DNA from: Yuukianura sp. NJ FZ-2021
Taxonomy: Eukaryota
Length of the DNA: 64,000 bases
Assembly: GCA_046563655.1 (NCBI GenBank)
Contig: CM102290.1
Coordinates: 15,190,001 to 15,254,000, forward strand
Direction: 5' to 3'
Positions 13,428 through 27,480 of the stretch are shown here, piece by piece. The notes beneath the pieces are model-generated. The model was not told the DNA's origin. It ran no database searches and saw only the letters and a list, made by a program, of their open reading frames with translations. The translations under genes were made by a program, and so were the position numbers. Numbering within the stretch: position 1 is the stretch's first letter; the number at the start of each line of letters is the position of its first letter.

Positions 13428-16400
13428 TTACGCGGCTCTTTCCTCTTTAGTTGGTTTTGTTGCGAGTTTGCTGTGTTGCATTGATGTCTGGGTTGCCCGT
13501 GAAGCGAAATCTTCTGGAACGGTGGGAAAACGGTGTGAAGATGACTTTCTGGATGCTGGTCCAGTACTCGGGCCAGCATCGTCGTCTGGCAGTACACTCC
13601 TCTGCTCCTCAATCTTAGAACCCTGAAAAAAAAATTTCAAAAAAAATGAAAAGATCGCAACATTTCCCAAAATTTTGAAAAAAAAAATTCTAAAATTTTA
13701 GATTTTTTCTGCTTACTTGGGCACTGCTCTGGAAACTACTGCTAGAAGTACATGAGAAACTATCACTAGAGTGTCTGGCTGACAATTTGCTTGTTCCAGC
13801 GTCAGCGATTTGCTCCTGTACGACCTTCATTCGGCCACTTCCGGTCGACTGGATGGACAAGCGACGATTCAGCGATTCTGCAGCCGCAGCGATTTCAGCA
13901 GCCGACTGCTGCTGCACTTCCTTCACCTTCTCCTCCAGTTTGGCCAACTTCAAATCATTTTCTCTACCGGCTTGTTCCAAGGCACAAACTTTGTTCGACA
14001 ACTCAACGACATTGGCACGTAGCAGTATCTTCTCACGCTTGTGGTTCTCAATCTGAAAAATTCCAAAAATTCATCAAAAATCGCTGAAAATTACAATCAT
14101 CAATCGCTGAATCGCTGAAAATTTCTTACTTCTTCCTGGATAGCCTCCATTTCCCTGCGGTGAACCGAAATCAAATGCTTTTTGGCCTCTTCGAACGAAG
14201 CAGTGTAAGTTTTCTGGAGTTGCGCTTTTGTCGTTTCCCGAGTCTTGGTTTCAATCGCTTCAACTTCAGCTTTCAGCACAGCGTTTTCTGTCTGCAATTC
14301 ACCGATTTCCTGGACGCTTCGGAGCTGAATCGCTTCCAGCGATTGCTTCAGTTGCTGCTCCCTCACTCCGCATTCCTTTGTTTCTTCAATACTTTTCTTC
14401 AGCCCAGCTTCCAGTTCAGCAACCTCCTTCTCTTTTAGAAACTTCAAGGAATCGCTGAATCGCTGCGATTCTGCCAACTGGAAGCCAAGTACGCGTATTT
14501 CCCGCTGATTTTTTGAAAGTTGAGCTTCCAGTGCTCGGATATCGCTTTTCGCCTGATCTTGAATCGAATTGATCCTCTCCTCCAATAGCAAAATTCCGCC
14601 TTCAAGTTCAGCCTTTTGGCCAAGAAGTTTTGTCACTTCGGTCTGAGAGGCCGTCAGCTGATCGCTGACACTCAGGACTTGGTCCTTAAGGGCATCTTTT
14701 TCTTGTTTTAGAGAAGCCAAGTCCTCCTGGGCCCTTAGAACAGAAAGCTTCGCAGCTGATTCAGCCTCTAGTGCCTTGGACAGTTTGTGTTCAGCGGTGT
14801 CCAGCATTTCGATCCTGCATTCCAGCATACGCTTGAGCGATTCGTTGCTAACTAAAGCTGCTCGCAGCTCTTCTTGAGCCCCTTGAGCCACGTCTTCGGA
14901 AACTTTTAGCCGAGATTCCTGCGATTTCAGCTCTGCTTGAGTCCAGCGCAGCTCATCGGAAGTTTTCTGAAGCAGGGTTTCCAGTTCTTCTTTTTCAGCG
15001 TCCAAAGTACTGGCAGCATTTTGTACTGTGACCAACTTGTGCTTGAGCAGGGTCATCTGAGCCTCCAATTCTCTGTTCTCCTGTTCAAGTTCGGCTGTGA
15101 TTCGGTTGGTAGCGGAAGATTCGTTTCTAGTGGCAACCAGTCTGGACTTGGCTACGCTCAGTTCTGCCTTGAGACTGGATTGCTCGGTTAACAAAACTGC
15201 CAATTGCTGCTCATTCATCTCTTGCTCAGCAGCAACATTTTCCAGTTTCTGCTTCGTTTTCTTATGGTTTTCTCTTTCCTTATCCAGCTCCAGCTCTGTT
15301 TTACGGCGACTCTCAAGTTCTTCCTCCACAAGTTCCTCCAAATCCTGGTTACACTTCTCCAGCACCAATAATTTCCGGCGGAGCACAGTCACGTCGTTTC
15401 TGGACGCAGACAGTAGTTGCTTGGTCGTCAGAACAGCAGAGGACTAAAAAAAAGTTTTTTGAAAAAAAATTGATTTTAATTTTGAACTAAAATCAAAGTT
15501 GGTACAAGATTTTGCGCTGAGTTACCCGAATCTTTGGAAGGGAAAAACTTTCGTTCAGTGCCCGGAGAGGAGACTGGAAGTTGTCGTTTGCTTTATTACC
15601 AAAGTGATCTTCTTGTTCGGAATCTTCTGGAATGAAGGGGAACGGTACGCGTGGTTCGATGGTGGAAGTGCGAGTGGTGCCAGATTCGTTGATTTCGTGA
15701 GATCTGATGAATTGCAACGCATCGGAAGTGACGATGTTTCCGTGACTCATGACATAAAGAATGAAATCTTTGATCCGCACTTGACATTGGCGAGACAAAG
15801 TTTCCGAAGGAAGAACAGTGAAGTGGGAAGCCCCTTCCTAATCAGAAGAGTAAGTAAAGGTAACTATTGATGTTAAAAAGTGAAAGTTTAACTGAAGTAA
15901 AAACGCAAAGTACTGACTTGAACCATGTGAATTCCGATGATAACGGATACAATTTTTTCCAGCTCATTTGCATCTCCGACCTGAGCCAATTCGAAGTTGA
16001 TCCAATCAGCGGGTAGGTACAAATCTGTTATTAAAAAAAAAACAGTTTTTCCAAAATTTTTGAAATTTATACTTAGAAGTTGTACCAGTAAGGACATTCT
16101 GAAGCATTCGGTAAACTCGGTCTAGTGCAATTCCTTTCCCTCTCTTGAACCTACACACAAAGAACAAACCAGTTAGTTTAAGAAAACGTTTTCTGAAATA
16201 GTTTTATCGAAAACAGTAGTAGCACTAACAGTAGCTCCAAAACTTGTCCAAAAAAGTATCCATTTCGAAGATCCTCGATCTTTTGTAACTCCTTGTCTTC
16301 GTTGAGTTTGAGTGAATTGACCTAAAAATAAAAAAATCGTAGGATTTGACACAACAATGTCCAAACATTGAGTGATTGAGTTAATAATAGCGCAACAAAT

Positions 16401-16459
16401 GGAACAGCAGTGGAAGACGGTGGACTTACCCAGTTGAGTGCTGTTTGTCGCCAGTCCAT
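13428..16459 (-). CDS. NuMA/Mud-like protein: N-terminal Hook/CH-like domain plus long coiled coil, about 8 exons, about 800 aa
   Basis: Spliced N-terminus MDWRQTALNW|VNSLKL..IEDLRNGYFFGQVL..ELEKIVSVII..LSRQCQVRIKDFILYVMSH..SPLRAL resembles the NuMA/Mud head; 430-aa heptad-rich ORF at 14100-15392. Confidence 0.6.
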
Positions 16460-16619
16460 CGTCCAGGGAAACAGCAGCTAAGCTAATCCAAGTGAGATGT
16501 TGCCAATTAACTAATGATTAACAACAACCAAGGTCAAAGGCAAAGCGGTTCGTTTGTTTACTTTTTTACACTGTGAGATTACCGGTAAAAAAAATTTTTG
16601 TCCGTTGGGAATTAGAAAC

Positions 16620-16924
16620 GGGTCTGACTATTCCTCGGAATCCTCGGAAACCTCGGAATTTTTTTCTATTCCTCGGAATCCTCGGAATTTTTTTTTCGAA
16701 TTCCTCGGAATTTCTTCCCTGTTACTTCCCCAGCCGGGGAAATGCTAGGGAAGTAATGGGGAAAAAATTCCGAGGAATTCAAAAAAGTCGAAATGTTGAC
16801 CTCGGGGTGACCTGTGCACTTTTTGAAAATTCCATAGGCCTACGAATTCTTATTTTTCATTTCCCCAAGAAAAAAATTCCGAGGTTTCCGAGGGTTCCGA
16901 GGATTCCGAGGAATAGTCAGACCC
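16620..16924. mobile_element. Complete MITE (family A) with about 30-bp TIRs and CCTCGGAA subterminal repeats
   Basis: GGGTCTGACTATTCCTCGGAATCCTCGGAA ... TTCCGAGGATTCCGAGGAATAGTCAGACCC; lies between divergent genes; no clean TSD. Confidence 0.9.
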
Positions 16925-17051
16925 CAAAATGAAAACAGTTTCAGTTGTCAGCTGAGTGTGAATGAAAGGCAAAAGGTAAAGTTATAGTAATTAAATTTTA
17001 AATTAAGTTAAAGTTAAATTAAGGTGTAATTGATTTCCGAAGGATTGATTG

Positions 17052-17669
17052 ATGGAGAATTTAAATCCGAAAGTGAGGGGGAAGGTTGGAGCACGAGAAG
17101 TCACAGATCAGGACGAACAAGATCTTACAGTGGATGAGATCGACGCAAGAGAAGTGTTCGGTATGTCCCCACTCCAAACTTATCATTTATTTAGGTTATG
17201 AATTAGGTTAGTTAGTTAATTAATCGATGCTCATTTGGTGTTGTAGATTTGATTCGAGAGCTCAACGATCCTGAGCATCCCCTTACGTTGGAGGAGTTGA
17301 ACGTGGTGCAACTGGAAAAGATACAGGTGAATACACTTACACTTTGGGTATCCAGCTTACAATTTAGTTAATTAAAAGTGTGACTGTATTGTGCAGGTTG
17401 ACAACAAGACGAACCGGGTCAAGGTTAACTTCACTCCGACGATACCCCACTGCAGCATGGCCACATTGATTGGATTGTCCATTCGTGTGATGCTCCTCCG
17501 TTCTCTGCCCAGTCGCTTCAAGGTTGATGTCCAGATCACCCCTGGAACTCACGCCTCTGAACATGCCATCAACAAGCAGTTGGCAGACAAGGAGAGGGTG
17601 GCTGCAGCACTGGAGAACTCACACCTCATCGAAGTGGTCAATCAGTGTCTAGCCCTCAAGGCACTCTGA
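17052..17669 (+). CDS. CIAO2B: Cytosolic iron-sulfur assembly component 2B (FAM96B/MIP18), 3 exons
   Basis: [34 protein letters not shown]..|[48 protein letters not shown]. Confidence 0.96.
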
Positions 17670-18071
17670 ACAACCACTCTCTGTAGGATCTCTACAGTTT
17701 TAAACCTGTTTCTGCAGTTGACGAAACTTACTTGAAATAGTAAGTCCAAAGGATACCCAGTACTCGCTCACAACCTGACCCTAATCAGTTCCCAGTCAGT
17801 TTGTCAATTTAAGTTATAGCCTCGCAACTTAAGTGCAGTTTTCATTATGGTACAACGTAACTCCTTCTCTTACAATTTCACTTCTTAATCCAAATTAAGT
17901 TAATTATCCTAACTCCTATTATAGGTACGCATGCGATGTTGACGACTCTTGGATTGCGAAATAAATGAAATTGTGAGATTGATGTTGTATGAAGATGATT
18001 GAGTTTGTATATAAACGTTTTATTAACGTGTGACAGAGTACCTAACACATTTAAAAGATGGATTCAGCAGT

Positions 18072-18760
18072 TTAGGAGACAAGGGCTGATGCAGTGTTGG
18101 ACTCGTACTTCCAGGTGGGGGCTAGGACTCGCTTCGTCTTGTAGTAGCGGGCCAGACGATGGATTCGGGATTCAACCAAGATGAGACGGAACTTGGAGTC
18201 CTTGTCTTTCCTGAAAATCAACATCAACTATTGAATAGAGTAACAAATGGAGGTTGTAACTGTGTAACTGACCTGTTTCTCTCCAAGTGCTTGCGGATGG
18301 AGACTGCCTTCTTGATGAGGTAGTACAGGTCCTCGGGGATGTCTGGAGCAAGGCCCTTGGCCTTGAGGATCCGCAGGATTTTACTCCCAGTCACGAACCG
18401 AACCTGGGCAACTCCATGAGAGTCCCTCAAGATCCCACCTACAGACAAACTTACATTTAGCCAAACTATACACGAACAGGAACAGAAAACCGGTGTTTGG
18501 ATGTGTGAATGACTTAAAATAAAGATATGATTTGTAAGTTACCGATTTTGGAGGGCATGAGTCCCTTCTTGGCCAAACTGTAGATCTGATCTTTGACATC
18601 GTCTGGGCTTTGTTTGAGCCAAGTGGCAACCCCTCGTCGGTACGGAAGTGCAGACTGGGAAATACCCTTACTAAAAACAAACCATATTTTATTCAATTAT
18701 CCTTACTTTGCAATTGATCATTGATCAAGAGACTTACCCGGGAGCGTGCATACGACCCAT
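18072..18760 (-). CDS. RPS13: 40S ribosomal protein S13 (uS15), 4 coding exons
   Basis: [83 protein letters not shown]. Confidence 0.98.
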
Positions 18761-19196
18761 TCTGAATCCTGTTAATTAGAAGTTGATTAAAAACGATAAT
18801 TAAATCGCAAGACAACTCGCCGGAAGAACTTGTGTTCAACGTGCAGTGCAGAGGATGATGGCAGCTGTATGCAATGAGACTCCCTTCACTCCCATGCTTT
18901 GCACCTTTCAAAAAACCCGTAGTCTAGGAGGCTCCCACAAAGTCAGAGTTATGCGCCCACTCATACAACTATTTCAAATTAATTATGAAGCAAAGCAGAA
19001 TTTAATTGTATTTTATTACGGATTATATACTATTTCTAAGCCATTGTATTAAGTGACATACAATAAAGTTATTAAATTTGATAATTGTGTTTTTAATTTT
19101 TATTAGATGTGCTTTATTTCAACAATTGTGAGTGAAGTACCAGTCTAACGGTGCTCTACTCTGAATGTCCAACTTTACATTTTTTTTAAATTTCGC

Positions 19197-19210
19197 TCAC
19201 TAGATGGCAA
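19197..19210 (+). promoter_or_regulatory. Possible CTCF-like site between the divergent RPS13 and PHRF1 promoters
   Basis: TCACTAGATGGCAA resembles the CTCF core consensus; motif match only. Confidence 0.25.
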
Positions 19211-19827
19211 CTCTGTTTTACTCAAATAAAGCGGCGAATACGAACCCCGCCAAAATACAAATTCTAAATTTCAAAAATAAATCTCGACTAAAAATAAAAA
19301 TAAATGTTTAGGTTAGAGAAGTAGCTTAACTTTTTAGTGTTTTTCTAAAAACTTATGTATCAAATTATCATTAATTACTAATTAGTAACCACTGAAAAGC
19401 GGATTTAGGCGAAAATGAATGGTTTGCATAATGTCTTGTGATTTCTTCTTTCAGATGAGTAAACAACTGATGTTAGTTTATTGAAACTGGTACGGTGGTG
19501 AGACAGACAGGAAGACACTTGAGTGGGAGACTGTATGTGAAGTGGGCTATTCCTGATTTGTTGATCCTCCCGAACAGAGTACACAGACCTCTTGTCTTTC
19601 CCTCTTCAAAAGTCATCAATCTGAGGAATTCGGGGGATTGTGGGAGATACACAGATCACTTCTCTAATTCCATTCAGTATTCAGTATCTCCGGTATCCAC
19701 AAAAAACTAATCAAAAGGACCGGAGGAGTGAGTCAATTCACAACGTAAGTCTAGTGTCTATCAATTGATTACTACATTCACTCACTTACTCCCTTCTAAC
19801 TCTCTTTAGGACAATTATTTACAAGGA

Positions 19828-22800
19828 ATGAGTGGAAATCTGCCAACTTCGGAAGGAAACATGGGGAATGAGCACAGCCAGGATCCCGATGACACAGAGG
19901 GTAATGTCACACACTCCAACTTCATTCTGATTCTGTATCTGTACAATAATTGATGTTCTGCATGTCAATTTGAGATCATGGACATTCATCTGAGGACGAG
20001 AGCAGTGATGGGACTGCGGGTGACAACAGTTGTGACGATGGTTCTGATGACTCCCTCGATGGGACACTGGACAAGTGCCCCATTTGTCTCCGAGTATTTC
20101 GGCAGCAGGAAGTGGGAACACCAGATACTTGTGAACACTGCTTCTGCCTCAAGTGCATCATGGAGTGGGCGGAGGTAAGTCCACGACCACAACGTTTCTT
20201 CGATCCAGCTGACAAATTGAATGTTAACGTATATTTTCGTTTTTAGAACGTCACCACATGTCCAATTGACAGGAAGGTCTTTCACTCTGTCCTTGTGCTT
20301 GATAAAGTACGGGGTCATGTTGTGCGTGTACAAGAATTGAGTCCACCCACTCAACATGCAGATTACTACGATGATTTTTCTGATCCAACGTTCTGTGAAG
20401 TTTGTGGTTGTTGCGATCGAGAGGACAGACTGCTTCTGTGCGACGATTGTGACGATGGGTATCATTTGGAGTGTCTAGACCCCCCTTTGCACTCTGTTCC
20501 GGATGCAGATTGGTGGTGCCCCAACTGTTCAGCTGCCAGAGTACGAGTGAGTCAATTCAAAACTAAATTAGTCCGGATTGTATTTAAATTCATCCACAAA
20601 ACTTGTTTCCTAATGGTTTTGATGGTTTTAGACTCAAAGTAATCTGGACAATGCCAGTACTAGCAACACCTCAACTAGACCCCGATCCAGGATGCCAAGA
20701 ACGGGCCTCAGTCGACGCATTATGCAACGACGACGAAGGGACACTACTCTTGTGAACGTACGGCAAAATAATTATGATTCAAAGCAGTTGCAGGGTCGGG
20801 TAGTTTTTTTCGTTTCAGTGAAAGAAACTGAAATAAATGAAAAAAACTGAAAAATTGAAAGAAACTGAAAAAAAGTGAAATTAACTGAAAATTTCATCTA
20901 TGTTTTTTTCATTTCACTGAAACAAATTGAAAGAAAGTGAAAGAAATTGAAATATTGCATTGAAATATTTCAGCTTATCAGTGAAATAAATTAAAGAAGC
21001 TGAAAAGGTTTATTTCGTTTCATGTATTTTTCAGTTTTTTTTCAGTTTTTTTCATTTTTCACTGAAAAGTGAAATATTTCAGTTCTAACACTGGCAGTTG
21101 GAGTTAACGGAAAGTTTAAACTTTTGTAGCTCTGTTCACCTCACTCTGACGATTGTGAGACGGCGACTAGACGGCTAAGGTCAGAGTCCAGTTCTGCTGG
21201 AAGGAGCAGCAGAAGATCCGTTTCCCGAGGCAGGAGAAGAACCACCTCCAGACGAAATAAGTCAGCCAAAAGATGTCGAGGCAAGAAGAGACGGACTCGG
21301 AAACGTCGCGTTGCCAAGGAACGAAAGCCAGCGACATCGAGAGGGCGCTTGATTCAGCAGCTCGGAATTGTGCCGCCCAGACCAGGCCAAGTCTACGTTG
21401 GTCTTCCTTCCTGTCGACCTTCACACGCTCCCGTCCTGGAACCTACCACTTCTGCCTCTGCCATCAGAACACAACGACATCAGGCAGGAATTGCCCCACT
21501 TCGAATCTACTCTACAGTCAACGACTTGGCAGATTACTTTGAGGGGTGAGTGACCAACTTCTGTTTTAAATTAACATCAAAAACGTAAAATTGACGTTAA
21601 AAAACGTATTTTGATGTAGGAGTTCTGATGAGGAAGCGGGTGTGGGTGTGATGAGACCACAGGGAATGAGAATAAGCGACACTAGAAAGCGTGTTTTAGC
21701 TTCAGCTGCTGCCCACCAGTCGTCCAGTGCCAATATCCTTGGTCCAATTCTGAGTGGCCAACATATCCTCCTTCAAGACAAGAACATGCAAATCTCAAGC
21801 AGTGACGGAAGATTGGTTCCCTCTATTTCAGTGGATGTTGATAAGCTGCTCCTCTCTCCGAATCATGAGAATGACTCGAGTGGGTACGATTCCTTTGGAA
21901 ACAGGGGTTCCCCCGTGTCACGCAGACCAAACATCCTCACTTCAGCCATCACTTCTCCTGGCCAATCAGCTTACGAACCTTCTCGCTCTGGATCTTCCGG
22001 GGACTCCAGTGCTCAGAGTTCCAGTCCCAGCACTTCCAGCACTTTTAGAGCAGGATCTTCCAGTGGAAGTTACAACAATCCCAGTTCATCTTCCTACAAC
22101 CGTGGATCTGAGGATCCCAATGCTTTTGAGGATCTGAGTGGACTGGATGAGGCTGTGAAGTGTGCACAACGGAAGAAAGACAACTCAACTGAAAGTGACA
22201 AGGAAGAGGATGAGTTCAACATCTACAGTGACATCGAAGGTACAAAAACATCACTTTTTCATTTATTTACAAAATGCAACTAATATCTTTAGATTTAATT
22301 TGTGATTGTTTGTTTTAGATGATCCAAGACCCATAACGAGACGGAGTTTGGATGTGAGTGTGGGTGGTGACGTGGATACGGGGACAGTGGAATGTCTGAA
22401 CGATGGTGGCGGTGGGGCAGAGAGCGATGACGAAATGGTCATCGATGAGGCTGAGGCAGCCTCTGCTCAAGATCCAGACAAAAGAAGTGAAGTGGAGTCC
22501 ACAGTCCCATCTCAGTAAGCTTTTTCAAAATAAAAAAAAATGTAATTTTCATCCTTTTTACGAGCGCATATTTTTGATTAACTTTTAGGGGCCCCTTGAG
22601 GGCTCCCTACTTTCTTAAGGTGGTTTTCTATAAAAACTGATTCCACTTCTGATTTAAAAAAATATGCCCTTAAAAATCATGAAAATCACATTTTTTTTTA
22701 ATTTTAAGGGCCCTTAAATCGGGTGTTTGAAAAAAAAATACTATAAAATGTATTTCCAAAAGTACAGTCAGCATTCCAAAGGTTCAAAATTTTGAAAATG

Positions 22801-25800
22801 GTCAGTGGTAAATTTTAATTGTGATTTCCAAATTTCAGGAAATCTTTCCCATGTGCGTTGGTTGGAAGCGAGAATGAAGATGCTATTAGTGAGAATGGGA
22901 GTGAGCCACTGCCGGGTGACGTGGAGCCAGACTCTCCCCTCAGCATCCCACTTCCAGACTCCACCCCACCCCCTTCTGTTCGCGGTGGGCCCAGTTTGGA
23001 TGACGAAGAGTCACACGAACTCTCTTCCGCAGATGAAAAAGAGGGCAAGGGCCAAGGGAAGGACGAGTACGATCCATCACAGCCCCTCACGAGTGACGAC
23101 GAGTGTGAAGTGCCTTTGCCAGCATCGGATCCAATTCTGTCCACTTGGGAAACGAAGGGGACTGGAGAAGGGAGTTCAGAGCCACCACAGTGCCCCACCC
23201 CTTTGGCCCCACCGACGGACGAAGGGCGTCGTCCCACGATCCAGTTCTCCATCCCCTCCCGCCACCGTCTCTTCTCTATGGGGTCCCTCATGCGCAGAAA
23301 TACTGGCGTGATGAAGAAAGAAGTCAAAGGGGGGAGCCTCAGCTTCCAGTCAGAGATGTCCAAGGCCTTTGCTGTGAAGGGGGCAGAAGAAGGGGGGACT
23401 GGAGGGGCGGAGGGGGAGAAAATGTCTTTAGTAGCAGAAATCTTCGGTTCAGATGAAGATGAAGAGGAAGGGCTCCCTCCACTGGACACAATTCACACAA
23501 ATCAACAATTGACCTCAACAACTCAAGTGGACACAACTGAATCAGCACAACTGGACCCACCCCCAGTGGAGAGTACAACTGAGAGTCCAAGTGTGGAGGG
23601 GAACAAGTGGAAGAAGATTGTGGAGGACCCACCAGCCCCACCTCAAGTCCCACCGGAACCACTCGTCCAAGAAGAGAGTGAGGATGAAGTTGTGGTGATT
23701 GGGGAGACGCCTGCTGAAGTCCAAATCATTGAAACTCCGCCTCCAGAACCAGAAGATGAGCCTCCTAAAGGAGAAGAAGAAGATCCAAAGGAGGGGGCCA
23801 TAACGATTGCCCTGGCCAAAGTGCTTGATGAGAGTGAATTCAAGAGTCCGAGTCCATTGTCACGGCATGAGAGTGGATCTGAGAGTGAGGCAGAGCGACA
23901 AGGACTCAAAGAGAAGCGGCAGAGTGGACGCAAGAGCGAGGGACGACGGAAGTCTCCGAAGAGAGACAGAGGAAGAAGGAAGAGATCCCGCACTTTGTCT
24001 GGAGGAAGCAACAACCGAGAGGAGGGTGAGATTCTGGATGTTCCTGATAAAAAGAAGAAGAAGAAGACGAAAAAGTCCAAACGGAGGAGACGCAGTACGA
24101 GATCCAGCAGCAGTTCCAGTTCTGTTCCTTTTTCTGAGAAGAAGATTCCAGAGGATGTGCATGGCCATGTTTCGGATGAGGAAGATGTAAGGAGAGATGT
24201 CCACTGGAAAAAACCTTCCAAATCCTCCAAACAACGAAACTATCGGTCAGTTTAGCCAACATTTTAGTTTGTTTGGGATGAAAGTTTCCAGTTTACTAAA
24301 GTTTTTGTTTTGTTTTAGTGATGGAAAACCTAAAACTGAAGAGCGTTACTTTCGAGAGCGAGAGAAGAAAGTGGAGAATGATCGTGAAAAAGAAAGTTTG
24401 AGTCGAACGCATGAGCGTGAAGAGATGCGGAAGAGTGAGAGAAGCAGAAGCAAAGAGCAGCGGTCTAGTCGGCGACGGTCGAGTCCCCACAAAAGACGAG
24501 GGAGATCCAAACACTCTAACCGCAGTTCCAGTTCCATCAGAAACTACAGATCTCGTTCCAGATCTCTCCATTCGAGGTAATTCCAAGGTTGCTAGAGCGA
24601 CATTTATACAAATGCCGTCAGAGGTTACGTCATAACTCCGATTTTTTTAAAAAAAAAGCAAGAAAACTTTTGGACCAATTTTGCTTATTTGTACAATAAT
24701 CTTTTTAAATTTCACGTTGCTGAGTCGTTGCATTCATTTCGAATTGCTAACGCAACGGAGACGCGTCAGATGTATGGTTCAAAAAATTAAAAAAAAAAAA
24801 GAAAAGAGAATAACGGGGTTATGACATAACCTTCTAAGAAAAAATGAACAAAATTTCGATTTAAACGAACGTTGTGGTAAGTTGCAACACATTTTTTGCG
24901 GTAACATGAGAATCTGATTTGTTTTTGTTATTTAGATCTCCAAGAGGACGTCAAAGTCGTCACTATCGCGACCATTCCTACTCGCCAGCAGAGTGGCATG
25001 CTTCCCCCGTCCGAGAGAGAAGAAGATCACGCCATCGTTCTCGCAGTGGCAATAGACGGCACGTGACTAGCAGAAAAGGAAGCGGGAGTGACGGCGGGCG
25101 ACGACAGAAGAGGAAAACACAGTCCAGGTCACGCTCTGCCTCTCCCAGACGAAACAAAAACGTTGGACTGGAACCGTCTGCACCAAAGAAGGCCAAGAAG
25201 GACGCTGTGAGCGAAGGGAATCAAGGAACTGCTCAAGCTGACAGTGGACCAAAAGCCACGGAACCTCTTCCCGAGAAAGTTAGGAATGTGGACAAGGAGA
25301 AGAGGAAGAAGAGAAAACGAAGAGAAAAGTCCATTTCTCCTGCCAAGGCAATATTTGCAGATGGAGACAGCATTGTCGTCAGTTTGAATTTCCAGAAAGG
25401 AAAAGAAAGTGAGAAGGATGGAGGAACAGAAGGGAAAAAAGATGAGAAGAAGAGTTCCAGTTCCAAAGGAACCAAGGACAAGTCCACGAAATCCATCAAG
25501 AAAACTGTTTTGATTGACTTGGAGTGTTCGCCGATCCAAGAGCAGAATATCGGCCACTCTCCAACTCTCATTGTTTTGAGTGACGATGAAGAGCACGCGA
25601 AGGGAGAGGAGTCTGATCCAGATCGACTCGCAGTGTCAACTACAAGTATGGGAGAGAAGTCGCCGTTATATCGAGAGGGAGTTCCAGCAGACAGCACGCA
25701 ACTACAACTCCATTCCAATGACGACAAAGGAAGCGACATTCATGGGCGACACTCAATGTCGGAAAGTGATACTGGCAATACACCAGCGAGAGGAGATGCA

Positions 25801-27175
25801 TTGGTCACTTCTACTCGAGACTCGGTGGACAGAAATGGAGGGGTTCAGGAAGAGTACTTGAGTCCCTGCAGTACCCCGCCCAAGGAACCCTCCACCCCCA
25901 ACTACCCTTCTCTCACTCCACCACTCCCCCCTCCATCTCCAACTGCACTGTCTCCACAGCAACAACACAAAAGTCAGTCTTCCACTCCACACATTGGCTC
26001 AAATCCACCTCCACTAGTCTCTACGGTTGCCACGGTTACGCGTCCTACCGTTGGCCTCGCCTCTCTTCCGCTTTTTCCTCCAGCTCGACCGCAAGGATTT
26101 CCTGGATCTGGATCGCAACTGCCCGTGATGCTGCCCACGGCGCCGCAACTGCGTCTCCCTCCTTCGAACTTGTTCAACCAAAGTGTGCTGGCCACGGTGG
26201 CCAACGCCCTCTACGGCCCTCTCATGGGCCCTCAGCCGCGCTTCCCACTCGTCCACCAATCAGGGCCTCCGAACCCTAGTCGCCAGGGGGGCAAGAAGAC
26301 TAGTGGAGGAACTGTGCTTCTGCCGAAGGATCAGAACTTGTCCACGCAGAAGAGGGCGGAGGGTGGAGACTCTCCCTTTTCACCCAACAGCAGTGATGGA
26401 GACGACTTGTTTGAGCCACCAAAGGACCCTGCTCATGCACCAACTTCTAAAACTACCACTGGGGGGCAAGGTCACAAGGGGACTGAGAGTCATACGACAG
26501 AAAGTGGTGGGGCGAAGGGGAAGGGACGTCCGGCGGCTAGAATCTTCGATGCTTTGTTTGGTGGGCCAATTCGAAAACCGGCTACATCAGGAGGAAATCC
26601 CACCAAGTCTGATGGGGGGAGCAAACAAACGAAATCACCACACAAGTCAAAATCTAGAAAAGGTAATTAACAAATTGATTAGTTAAAGTAAAGTTAACTT
26701 TAGTTTCATGTTTAGTTTGTGTTTTGACAGGGAGCAGCAGGAAGGCTGCTAGCAATTTGAGTGAGGGGGAACTTCGGCTGACGGAGGAAGTTCCAACGTC
26801 GGCTGTGGAGCTCCATGTCAAAGAAAAGGTGAATTCACATACATCTTTTTTTGAATTTCTTTTTGAAATTGTGTTTTGGTTTTCAGTTTTTGAAAAAGTT
26901 GAATCGACAAGAGCGTGTGGTGGAGGAGGTCAAAGTTTCTCTGAAGCCACACTACAGTAAGAAGCACATCACAAAGGAAGAGTACAAGGATATTCTGAGA
27001 AGAGCAGTACCCAAGGTAAATATTACACAACTCTAAAACTTGAGAAAAAGTTATAAAAAGTTGGTTTCATGTGTTTTAGATTTGTCATAACAAGACTGGA
27101 GAAATCAATCCAATCAAGATCAAAGAACTGGTGGAAGCCTACGTTAAAAAGATTAGGAAAACTAAGAAAAAGTAG
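19828..27175 (+). CDS. PHRF1: PHD and RING finger domain-containing protein 1 (RING, PHD, RS-rich region, C-terminal SRI-like domain)
   Basis: [65 protein letters not shown]-terminal [42 protein letters not shown]. Confidence 0.92.
20791..21093. mobile_element. MITE (family D, CTGAAA-rich) in a PHRF1 intron with 7-bp TSD GCAGTTG
   Basis: CAGGGT...ACACTG ends; GCAGTTG at 20784-20790 and 21094-21100; a close inverted copy lies at 58645-58947. Confidence 0.9.
24622..24832. mobile_element. Small TIR element in a PHRF1 intron
   Basis: AGGTTACGTCATAACTCCG ... CGGGGTTATGACATAACCT imperfect 19-bp inverted repeat. Confidence 0.55.
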
Positions 27176-27480
27176 GAAATAAGTCACCTAAGTTATATTT
27201 ACAATTTTACTCAACATTTCGTCTTACCACATCGCAACTAATCCACTAATCTAAATCATAAAAATTAGGCTAACTCTAAGGCTACTCATATAAAAGTCGT
27301 GTGTAAAATGGGTTTGCATTTAGATTGTTCCAAAAGTTGAATCTTTTGTTTTAGCATTTTGTAAACGTTAGATTTCCGCAAAGTGTAACTTGTATTCGTT
27401 TCTCCTCGCCAACTCGTTTCTTTTTGTAATAAAGTCAATTAAAAGTTTAAACTGAAAGGAGACTGTGCAGCAGAAGAATA

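Noticed and set aside
18441..18542. Intronic snoRNA in RPS13 (U14 host in vertebrates)
   Set aside because: Intron about 100 nt with no recognisable C/D boxes or terminal stem.
22815..26259. Long antisense ORFs over PHRF1 and other large exons
   Set aside because: Shadow frames of low-complexity coding exons with no independent domain signal.
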